This document shows, piece by piece, positions 7,735 through 15,326 of a DNA stretch of 24,809 nucleotides. Origin of the DNA: an uncultured Elusimicrobia bacterium (lineage in GTDB: Bacteria > Elusimicrobiota > Elusimicrobia > UBA1565); NCBI GenBank assembly GCA_964359165.1, contig CAYHRV010000017.1, positions 1-24,809 of the forward strand. The letters run 5' to 3'. Both the position numbers and the translations under genes were made by a program. Position 1 is the first letter of the stretch. Each line of letters opens with the position of its first letter. The notes under the pieces were generated by a model. That model saw nothing but the letters and a program-made list of their open reading frames with translations. It had not been told where the DNA came from and did not search any database.

Positions 7735-9850
7735 ACACCCTTACCTTGGCCCGCCAAAGAGGCCGACCCGAAGGCTCGAAATTCCGTTTCACGAGCGCGG
7801 CGGGGTTGACGCCCACTCCCAGCGCGTAGCGCCCCATTGCCGTATGCCCCAGGCCCAGAGGCATGGCCACGGTGCTGGGATCGATGCCCGGGAAATACCG
7901 CGCCTTGGCCCGGACTCTTCCCGCGGGGGATTCCACCCAGACCTCCTTTCGGTCCTCGATGCCCAGTCTCTTGGCGGTGTCCGGATGTATCTCCAGCCAG
8001 CTTCCCCATTCCTCCCCCACGTGGATACCCGCCACGCTGTGCAGGTAGGGCAGGTGAGCCCCTTCTCCGAAGGAGAAGGCCAAGGGAACGAAGACTTGGA
8101 GGTCGAGCATATCATCGGAGGGCTCCGCGCGGACCGCGCGGTTGTTGAGCGCTTCGGCCGCGAAATGAAGGGCCGGGAAGGCGGCGCTGACGGTCGCGGC
8201 GGGCACGGCGGCGTAGCGCCGCCAGCCCCCTTCCCTCATCGCGGCCTCGGTCCCGGAACGGCCCGCCGCCTCCCCCAACGCCTCCACGAAATCCTTCCAG
8301 GGGAAAGCCTCGGCGATGCGCCGGTCCCCGAGGGAACGCGCCAGGCGCAGGATGAGGTCCCCGTGATCGCAGGTGTCGTGCATGGGAGCGATCACGGGCG
8401 GCGCGAAGCTCACCACCCCGTCGCCGTCGATGGTCCGGGTGAAGCCGTATTGCCACGCCTCCAGCCCGTGGTGTGGAGGGAGCACCAGGTCCGCCAGTTC
8501 CGAGGTCTCATCCAAAAAAGAAGAGAAGCTCACGATGAATGGGAGCGCACGCAGCGCCTGCCTCCACCGTTCCGGCTCCGGACTCAGGAAAACGGGGTTG
8601 ACCCGCTCGAGCCATAGAAGATCCAAACCGGAGCCCGAACCCAGGGATTCCGGCAGGCGGTGCGCGGAGTTTTCAAGGCGGGACTTAGGAGACGGCAAGC
8701 TCCCGCCGGGCAGCGACAGTTGGTGCCTCTCGGCCTCGCTCCACAGAACGCCTTGCCGCACTCCCACCGAGCCCAGCAGGACGTTGAGGCCATGGACGGC
8801 GACTTGGGTGAAAACCTCCCCGCGATTCGTGATCGCCAGGGCGGGGCGGATGTCGGCCATCTCCCGCGCGAGCTCGGCGATCTTGGCCCGCTCCACTCCC
8901 GTCTGCGCGGACACACTGTCGGGACCGTACTCCCGCAGCACCAGCTCGCGGTATTCCCGGAAGCCCCGAGTCCATCGCTTGACGAACGCCTCGTCATAGA
9001 GGCCTTCCGAAATCAGGATATGCGCCACCCCCAGAGCGAGCACGCCCTCGGTCCCGGGCCGGACCCGGACCCACTCATCGGCCTTGGAGGCCGTCACGGA
9101 TAGGCGCGGCTCGATCTGGACCATGCGGGTCCTGCGCTCCGCGCGCCCCCGCCGCAGGCGGCCGTAGGCCCGCTGGGCCTCGATGGGCGAAGGGAAGGCC
9201 TGAAGCCAGTCCCACCCGAAGGAGACGATGTGGTTGGCGTTGGTCAGGTCGTAGAAGAGCCCTTCCTCGGAGCCGTGCATGAGGCGAAAAGCGTCCGAAG
9301 GCCCCTCGCCCAGAGGCCAGTCCCATTCCCAATAATACGGGGTCCCGAGCGCCCGGGCGAAACGTTTCTGAAGTTCATGGCGGATGTCGCGGATAGGCGC
9401 CGCGAGCATGGCGAGGCGCTCGGGTTTATCGGCATCGAGCACTCCCGAGAGCCGCGTTCGCAGGATTCGCTCCGCTTCGTTCCAGGAGACCCTCTCCCAT
9501 CGCCCTTCCCCCCTCTCGCCCTTTCTCAGGATGGGGAAACGCAGGCGATCGGGATGATAGAGGTCCTGCAGGATGGCGCCGCCCTTGGGGCAGAGGGCTC
9601 CCCCGCTGACCGGATGGCCGGCCTTGCCGGAAACCCCCACCGGCTTGCCTTCCACCACTCGGATGTCCAGCATACAGAGGGCCGGACACAACTTGCAGAC
9701 CGCGGGGCGGCGGACATCGCTCTCCAAGAGCGCCGGCGGCCTTTCCCCCGGCGTAAGAACCCCCGCCCGCAGGGCCTGCGGCAGGGCGCTCGCCGCGCCC
9801 AGCAGCCCTCCCCACTTCAGGAAATTCCGTCTGGATATCTCGGGGTTCAT
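7724..9850 (-). CDS. Tat-exported molybdopterin-oxidoreductase-family large subunit (Psr/Phs/Qrc/ActB1-like)
   Basis: Start taken at ATG 9850 (MNPEISRRNFLKWGG, Tat motif), 5 nt after the cytochrome stop. FS0-type motif C-x2-C-x3-C...C-P-K-G is present. Length ~708 aa. No Cys was seen in the region where Cys/SeCys molybdenum ligands usually sit, so cofactor status is uncertain. Confidence 0.8.
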   Translation of the reverse strand: MNPEISRRNFLKWGGLLGAASALPQALRAGVLTPGERPPALLESDVRRPAVCKLCPALCMLDIRVVEGKPVGVSGKAGHPVSGGALCPKGGAILQDLYHPDRLRFPILRKGERGEGRWERVSWNEAERILRTRLSGVLDADKPERLAMLAAPIRDIRHELQKRFARALGTPYYWEWDWPLGEGPSDAFRLMHGSEEGLFYDLTNANHIVSFGWDWLQAFPSPIEAQRAYGRLRRGRAERRTRMVQIEPRLSVTASKADEWVRVRPGTEGVLALGVAHILISEGLYDEAFVKRWTRGFREYRELVLREYGPDSVSAQTGVERAKIAELAREMADIRPALAITNRGEVFTQVAVHGLNVLLGSVGVRQGVLWSEAERHQLSLPGGSLPSPKSRLENSAHRLPESLGSGSGLDLLWLERVNPVFLSPEPERWRQALRALPFIVSFSSFLDETSELADLVLPPHHGLEAWQYGFTRTIDGDGVVSFAPPVIAPMHDTCDHGDLILRLARSLGDRRIAEAFPWKDFVEALGEAAGRSGTEAAMREGGWRRYAAVPAATVSAAFPALHFAAEALNNRAVRAEPSDDMLDLQVFVPLAFSFGEGAHLPYLHSVAGIHVGEEWGSWLEIHPDTAKRLGIEDRKEVWVESPAGRVRAKARYFPGIDPSTVAMPLGLGHTAMGRYALGVGVNPAALVKRNFEPSGRPLWRAKVRVYAA

Positions 9851-9855
9851 GTCGG

Positions 9856-10362
9856 CTATCGGTGGCAGGCCAGGCAATCGGTGGTGACCCCCTCCTTCTT
9901 ATGGCAGTCCACGCAGGCGGACATGCTCAAGGGCGCCAGCCGGCGCGTCAGCGCGCGCTCCGTCGAAGCCACGTCCCCATGGCAGGCCTTGCAGTCGAGC
10001 TTTCCGTCCCCCGCGTGCCGCTTATGCGAGAAGAGGACATGGCTCGGCGTCCGATAGATCCGCCGCCAGGGGATCTCCTTGCGCTCGCGCAGGAACTCCG
10101 CCAAGTCCTCCGGGGTCCTCGGCGCGGCCTTGCCCGGGTCATGGCAGAGGGCGCAGATGCGCATCTCCGGGATGCCGGCGCGCGCGTCCTCCTTGGCTCC
10201 CGCATGGCACCCGGCGCATTCGATTCCGAAGTCCGCGTGCTTCTTATGGTTGAAGGAAATGGGCTGGGGAGTGCCCCAGGAGCTCCAAGCCCAGAAAAGA
10301 GTCCCGGCCGCGACCAGGGCGACGAAGAGCAGGGACCCCGCGGCCGACAATATCTCCCTCAT
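9856..10362 (-). CDS. Membrane-anchored multiheme cytochrome c (five CxxCH motifs)
   Basis: 168 aa. N-terminal TM helix LLFVALVAAGTLFWAW, then CAGCH, CALCH, CKACH, CVDCH, CLACH. Its position directly upstream of the large subunit resembles QrcA/ActA. Confidence 0.85.
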   Translation of the reverse strand: MREILSAAGSLLFVALVAAGTLFWAWSSWGTPQPISFNHKKHADFGIECAGCHAGAKEDARAGIPEMRICALCHDPGKAAPRTPEDLAEFLRERKEIPWRRIYRTPSHVLFSHKRHAGDGKLDCKACHGDVASTERALTRRLAPLSMSACVDCHKKEGVTTDCLACHR

Positions 10363-10391
10363 CGCGCCTCTTCCCCCGGACTCGGGCCCTC

Positions 10392-11276
10392 TTACCCCCC
10401 CGCCTCCGTTTTAGGCGGGCGGCCGAACTCCTTGGCCAGCGCCGTCAGCCCGGACATGGCTCCCAAGCCCATGGTCTCCACGGCGCTGGAGGGGACGACC
10501 ACGATGGTGGAATTCTGCCGCATGCCTTCCAAGAGTATGTTCATGGCCCGAAGGTGCAGGGCCACGGGGTTCTCGGCGTAGGACTGGGAGGCCTGCTTGA
10601 ACTTGCCCGCGATCTGGAGCTCCGAGTCTCCGAGGATGACGCGCGCCTGGCGTTCGCGCTCCGCCTGGGCCTGCATGGACATCGCGTCCTGCAGCGCTTC
10701 GGGGATCTTGACGTCGCGGATCTCCACCGACAGGGCCTGAATGCCCCAAGCCGCGGTCCTTTGCTCGATCATCTGCCGGAGCTTGACGTCTATCTCCTGG
10801 CGGCCGATGAGCATCTTGGCCAGGTCCGTCTCTCCGATCGCGTCGCGCAGAGCGGTCTGGGAGGCCCAGGCGATGGCCTGGCGGTAGTCCTCCACCTCCA
10901 GGGCCGCTTTGACGGGGTCTATGACGCGCCAAAACAGCACGGCGTCCACGTCCACCGGCACGCTGTCCTTGGTGAGGGTGCGCTCCGCGGCGAAAGGCGT
11001 GGTGACCGTCCTCATGTCGATCCAATAGGGGATGGTGTCCAGGCCGGGGGCGACGCCGAATATCCCGGGGCCGCGCAATCCGTGGAATTTGCCGAGCCTC
11101 AGGATGACGGCCTTCTGCCATTGCCGGGCCACGCGCAAGCCCAGGAGCACGAACGCCCCCGCGGCCAAGCCCACAAGAGCCGGCAGGGGGTGTCCCGTGC
11201 GGGCGCTCAAAGCCCCGCCCAGCCCCGCCAGCAATGCGAACAGCGTCAACGTCAATGGATGTATGCCCATCGTCAT
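10392..11276 (-). CDS. SPFH/band-7 (stomatin/prohibitin-like) membrane protein
   Basis: 294 aa. N-terminal TM segments followed by a typical SPFH domain (VILRLGKF...RTLTKD...DAVLFWRV...EIRDVKIP...). A TAGGAGG RBS overlaps the upstream stop. Confidence 0.85.
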   Translation of the reverse strand: MTMGIHPLTLTLFALLAGLGGALSARTGHPLPALVGLAAGAFVLLGLRVARQWQKAVILRLGKFHGLRGPGIFGVAPGLDTIPYWIDMRTVTTPFAAERTLTKDSVPVDVDAVLFWRVIDPVKAALEVEDYRQAIAWASQTALRDAIGETDLAKMLIGRQEIDVKLRQMIEQRTAAWGIQALSVEIRDVKIPEALQDAMSMQAQAERERQARVILGDSELQIAGKFKQASQSYAENPVALHLRAMNILLEGMRQNSTIVVVPSSAVETMGLGAMSGLTALAKEFGRPPKTEAGG

Positions 11277-11282
11277 CGCCTC

Positions 11283-11813
11283 CTAATCCGTCGTTCCCTC
11301 GTCCGCAGCGCCCTCCCCGCTCTTTCCGGGCGGCCCCTTGATGCTGAAGAGATATTTCGCCAAGTCCTCCGTCTCCTCGGCGGTCAGTATCTTCCGCCAG
11401 GACGGCATGTCCAGGGGTGGTTCGGGCTCGGCCTCGTCGAGTTTGGCCGGGTGCCCCCCCTTAAGAAGCTTGCCCTTTAGGTCGGCGCGGGTGAAGGCAT
11501 CGGCCAAGTCCTCGAGGTTAGGGACCATCCCCTCGGGGTCGGCGTTCGGGTTCTTGACCCCGCCCCGGCCCTGGGGGCCGTGGCAGACCCCGCAGCGCAA
11601 GGCCCGGTAGATGCGGCGTCCCCGGAGGATGTCCTTATCCCACGCGCTTTCGGACCCGGCCGGTTCCGCCGCGAATGCCTGGGTCGTGGGCGTTATGGCC
11701 CACCGGGGGCTCCATAACCGCGCCCGCCAGCCCAGGAAGCCGTAGAACCCGAAGATGCCGGCCCAGGCGCCCGCGACCAAAACGATCAGCCCGAGCGCTC
11801 CCGCGTCTTTCAT
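11283..11813 (-). CDS. Membrane-anchored monoheme class-I c-type cytochrome
   Basis: 176 aa. N-terminal hydrophobic anchor, single CGVCHG heme motif, downstream Met (DMPSW) as a candidate axial ligand. Confidence 0.75.
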   Translation of the reverse strand: MKDAGALGLIVLVAGAWAGIFGFYGFLGWRARLWSPRWAITPTTQAFAAEPAGSESAWDKDILRGRRIYRALRCGVCHGPQGRGGVKNPNADPEGMVPNLEDLADAFTRADLKGKLLKGGHPAKLDEAEPEPPLDMPSWRKILTAEETEDLAKYLFSIKGPPGKSGEGAADEGTTD

Positions 11814-11825
11814 CGCCGTCGGGGC

Positions 11826-12263
11826 CTACTTGCCCCCCGCTTCCTTTTCCTTGAGTTTCCTATCGATCAGCTCCTTCTTGCGGACCGAGGAATCGTAGAT
11901 CAGGAAGTCGATGATCTTCGTGGCGCTTTTCGCGTTGAGGCCGGAACGCTTCTTTTTCTGCATCTTCTTGACATAAGGGTCCCACTCCTCGGGCAAGGCA
12001 TAGGGCGAATTGACGGCTCGCGCCAAGGTGTGGCATTTGGAGCACCGCACGGCGAAAGTCTTGTAATTTTCCTGCTGTTCCTGGGGATATTTTGAGACGT
12101 CTATCTCAATGGGCCCCTTGTCCCAGGGGAACTCCTTTTCGCCGGCTTTCGCCGCCTCGTCCTTGGCGGTCTCTTTCTTGGCCTCGTTCTGAGCGATGGC
12201 GGCTGAAACAGCGAGTCCGAACACAAAGCACAGGCTCAAGAAGATTTCCCTATTCCCCCTCAT
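11826..12263 (-). CDS. Secreted monoheme c-type cytochrome (Lys-rich C-terminus)
   Basis: The track ORF extends to 12452, but the internal ATG at 12263 is preceded by a strong AAAGGAGG RBS and starts a signal peptide MRGNREIFLSLCFVFGLAVSAAIA. Single CSKCH motif. Confidence 0.7.
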   Translation of the reverse strand: MRGNREIFLSLCFVFGLAVSAAIAQNEAKKETAKDEAAKAGEKEFPWDKGPIEIDVSKYPQEQQENYKTFAVRCSKCHTLARAVNSPYALPEEWDPYVKKMQKKKRSGLNAKSATKIIDFLIYDSSVRKKELIDRKLKEKEAGGK

Positions 12264-12464
12264 ACAAAGCCTCCTTTGCGGCAAATCGGTGCGGCCGGCC
12301 CCGAACACGGAACGGGCTTCCCCGATGTCTCGGGATCGGGGCGCGCGCTCACGGAGGCCGGCAAGGGCTCTTGGGGGGCCCCGCCTGTTTCCACGCGCGC
12401 CGCGCCGGCCGGACCGCCGCGGGCGGACGCATTCTCGCCCGCGGCGGTCCAAGAGTCCGACGGC

Positions 12465-13742
12465 CTAGAAGCCCAACTCCACCTGCGCCGTCCAGCGGGT
12501 GTCCTTCGTCTGCTTGACGCCCGCCTTATTGTCCGAGAGTTCATCGTAATACTCCACGAAGGTCCGGACGTTCTCCATGGGGTAATAAGCCAAGCTGGCG
12601 ACGAGGTGGTTCTGCTTCCTGTCGAGGAACTTATCCTTGACGCTGTCGAAACGGACCAGGGGGACGATCCACGGGCGCTCATTCTTCTTGAAGGTATAGA
12701 ACGCCTCGCCGTATCCTCCCGTATTGTCCGCTTTCAGCACCCCGGTCGCGTCCGCCTCTTTCTTGGCGCTCATGAGCGCCGCTCGGATGCCGAAATCCTT
12801 GAACTCCGCCAGGGCGTCCACGGCGAAGGCCTGGATCTTGTTGATCGGCGTTCCCGTCTCGTTCTTGCTCGTCAGGTCATCCTTCCCATACTGGAAGTAG
12901 CCGCCCAAGGCCAGCCCCTTAAGCGTGTCGGCCACCAGCCTGACATTGTAGTTCGGCGGGCCGTAGCCCTCCTGGGCCTTGGTGCCGGCCGTCGCGGCGG
13001 CCGCTCCCCCTCCGACTCCGAACGCGTAGCCCAGGGCCCCTACCCCCTCCCGACTCAACTCACCCCGCAAGGCCAGGTACTGCTGGTCCAGCATGAGCAG
13101 GGTTCGAGCGTCGCTGGCCCGGCGCGTCCAGCCGCTGTGGGCAAGCGTTTGATACGGGTCGACGCGGTGCAGGAAGTCGCCGAAACCGGCTATCACATTG
13201 AAATACGGATTCGGGTGGTAGCCCAAGGAGAGGTCCGCGACCTCCATCTCGAACCCCGTCCCGGCGTCGTCCTCCGCTTCGATCTCCGTGAAGTAGGAGA
13301 AGTTCTTGGCCACGCTTCCGTCGGCCACGAACAGCTCCAGCTCATGAAGGGCCCTGTTCTGGATCTTCCGGGGAGTCCCGCTTGATTTTTGCTTGTCGAT
13401 CGGCCGCGCCTTGACCAGCCCCCCCCAGGGGAAATCTTTGGGGAGCATCATGTCGCTGGCCTCGATCCGGACTCCTTCTTCTTTCGCTCTCTCCCGGACA
13501 AAGCCGTTGTTCTTGAACTCACGGCCGTAGTCGTTGAGGAGCGGATAGGCAGCGTGGCACTGGGAACAGCTGATGCCGTATTTCCTGGAGAAGGCCGGCA
13601 CCGCCTGCGCCTGCGCCACCGCGCCCGGCCGCACCGGACACAAGCCCAATATCTTCTGGCTCAACGGCGGCAGCACCCAAGCCGCCGCCAGAACCGCCAG
13701 CGCGAATACCGCAGTGAACCGGCCCCTTCTTTGACTCATCAT
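12465..13742 (-). CDS. Cyc2-like fused cytochrome-porin: signal peptide, a single CxxCH heme motif, then an outer-membrane beta-barrel
   Basis: Start chosen at the ATGATG at 13742, with GGAGGG directly upstream. Signal peptide with AQAQA cleavage-type site. CSQCH lies within ~20 residues of the mature N-terminus. The next ~380 aa have alternating Gly/aromatic-rich beta-strand character and a C-terminal Phe (VELGF), typical of OM beta-barrels. Size (~425 aa) matches the Cyc2 family. Confidence 0.65.
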   Translation of the reverse strand: MMSQRRGRFTAVFALAVLAAAWVLPPLSQKILGLCPVRPGAVAQAQAVPAFSRKYGISCSQCHAAYPLLNDYGREFKNNGFVRERAKEEGVRIEASDMMLPKDFPWGGLVKARPIDKQKSSGTPRKIQNRALHELELFVADGSVAKNFSYFTEIEAEDDAGTGFEMEVADLSLGYHPNPYFNVIAGFGDFLHRVDPYQTLAHSGWTRRASDARTLLMLDQQYLALRGELSREGVGALGYAFGVGGGAAAATAGTKAQEGYGPPNYNVRLVADTLKGLALGGYFQYGKDDLTSKNETGTPINKIQAFAVDALAEFKDFGIRAALMSAKKEADATGVLKADNTGGYGEAFYTFKKNERPWIVPLVRFDSVKDKFLDRKQNHLVASLAYYPMENVRTFVEYYDELSDNKAGVKQTKDTRWTAQVELGF

Positions 13743-13764
13743 TCCCTCCATGGAACGGCTGACC

Positions 13765-13779
13765 GCACCCCGCGGGTGC
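13765..13779 (-). promoter_or_regulatory. Short GC hairpin (GCACCC-CGC-GGGTGC) in the predicted 5' UTR of the Cyc2-like gene
   Basis: Perfect 6-bp stem with 3-nt loop, between the candidate sigma-54 promoter and the RBS. Shares the CCC-GCG-GGG core with the other hairpins. Confidence 0.4.
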
Positions 13780-13800
13780 GAAAACATCCGGGAATACATG

Positions 13801-13818
13801 CGCAACGCCTTGGCCGGG
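13801..13818 (-). promoter_or_regulatory. Candidate sigma-54 (-24/-12) promoter for the Cyc2-like operon
   Basis: Minus strand reads cccGGCCAaggcgTTGCg. GG and GC have the canonical spacing of TGGCAC-N5-TTGCW. It lies ~60 nt upstream of the ATG at 13742, and a sigma-54 activator gene is adjacent. Confidence 0.45.
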
Positions 13819-13904
13819 AAGACCGCGCATTAAATAAGGATTAAACGCGGATGAAGCCCGCCGTTTTCAACCGGCTTGGAAACGGATTCAGGTCTATTGG
13901 AAGA

Positions 13905-15326
13905 TCAGCGGAAGGATTGGGGGCTTAGGGCGTGCTTCTTGAGATACCAATAGAAGTTGCTCAGCGGCAGACCGCAGTCCTCGGCCGCGGCCTTGGCGTT
14001 GCCGTGCCGGCGCCTGAGCGCGGCTTCGAGGAACTCCTTCTCGAAGGAGTCGAGATGCCTCTTTTTCATGGAGGCGAAACCTTCCTCCTTCGTGGAGGCT
14101 GGGTCTCCAGAAGCGGCCGCCTCCGCGGGACCCTCGCCTTCCGGCCGGGAAAGGGCGGCGGCCACCAGGAATTCCGGCAGGTCGGACGCGGCAAGGGTCT
14201 CCCCCTCGCAGAGCAGGACCGATTTCTTGAGCACATTGATCAGTTCGCGTATGTTCCCGGGCCAGGCATAGTGCGTGAGGATGTCGGCGGCGGGCTCCTC
14301 GATGCGCGACACGGCCCTGCCCATCTCGCGGCAGATGCGCGGAAGGTAATGGCGCGCGAGCAGGGGGATGTCCTCGCTCCGCTCCCTGAGCGAAGGCAGG
14401 CGCAGGGAGATCACGTTGAGGCGGTAATAGAGGTCATCGCGGAATCTGCCGGCCTTGACCTCCGCTTCCACGTCCCTATTGGTGGCCGCGATGATGCGCA
14501 AGTCCACGCCGCGCATCTCCCGGCCTCCCACCCGCCGGATCTGCCGTTCCTGCAGAGCGCGCAGGAGCTTGGCCTGCAGGGAGAGAGGAAGCTCGCAGAC
14601 CTCATCGAGGAAGAAGGTGCCGCGGTCGGCCAGCTCCATGAGCCCCGGCGAGGCCCGGGACGCGTCGGTGAAGGCTCCGCGTTCATGGCCGAAGAACTCG
14701 TTTTCCAGGAGATTCTCCGGGATGGCGCCGCAGTCCACCGGGACGAAGTGGCCGCTCCGATTGGACCGGGCGTGGAGCCGGCGGGCGATGAGCTCCTTCC
14801 CGGTGCCGGACTCTCCCAGGATGAACACGTCGGCGGGGGTGGCGGCGACCTTGTCGGCCAGCTCGACGACCTTGAGCAGGGAGGGAGCTTTTCCCACGAT
14901 CTCCACGGGGACGTATTCCCGCGCCACGTGCCTGGCCAGAAGGCGGTTCTCGTCCTTAAGGTGCCGCTCCTCGAGGGCGCGGCGGATGCGGGAGACGAGG
15001 TCGGCGGGATGAAAGGGCTTGAGCACGAAATCCATGGCCCCGGCCCGCAGGGCTTCCAGCGCCGAATCGAACTCCGGGAAGGCCGTGATCATGATGACGG
15101 GCAGGGACGGATCCGAGGATTTCGCGGCCTTGAGCAGTTCCAATCCGGTGAGGCCCGGCATCCTGATGTCGGCCACGAGGAGGTCGAAACTCTCTTCCTT
15201 GACGCGCTCCAGCGCCGCATCCCCCCGCTGTTCCGGGAAGACGCGCCAACCCTCGTGGGAGAGGGCCGCGCCGCAGGTCGAAAGCATGTCGGCTTCGTCG
15301 TCGACGAGCAGGATCTTGGCGCTCAT
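13905..15326 (-). CDS. Sigma-54-dependent response regulator (NtrC family: REC + AAA+ + Fis-type HTH)
   Basis: 473 aa. REC motifs (LLVDDE, DLLVADIRMPGLTG), Walker A GESGTGKE, ENEFFGHERGAFTDA (a variant of GAFTGA), arginine finger region, C-terminal HTH. Confidence 0.9.
   Translation of the reverse strand: MSAKILLVDDEADMLSTCGAALSHEGWRVFPEQRGDAALERVKEESFDLLVADIRMPGLTGLELLKAAKSSDPSLPVIMITAFPEFDSALEALRAGAMDFVLKPFHPADLVSRIRRALEERHLKDENRLLARHVAREYVPVEIVGKAPSLLKVVELADKVAATPADVFILGESGTGKELIARRLHARSNRSGHFVPVDCGAIPENLLENEFFGHERGAFTDASRASPGLMELADRGTFFLDEVCELPLSLQAKLLRALQERQIRRVGGREMRGVDLRIIAATNRDVEAEVKAGRFRDDLYYRLNVISLRLPSLRERSEDIPLLARHYLPRICREMGRAVSRIEEPAADILTHYAWPGNIRELINVLKKSVLLCEGETLAASDLPEFLVAAALSRPEGEGPAEAAASGDPASTKEEGFASMKKRHLDSFEKEFLEAALRRRHGNAKAAAEDCGLPLSNFYWYLKKHALSPQSFR

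Noticed and set aside
2052-13385. Numerous other long plus-strand or alternate-frame ORFs (e.g. 2057..2911, 2818..3597, 2897..4003, 7346..8617, 9230..10057, 10554..11480, 12276..13385, 20236..21381)
   Set aside because: All overlap genes with strong family evidence on the other strand or frame and show the low-complexity composition expected from GC3-rich antisense reading.
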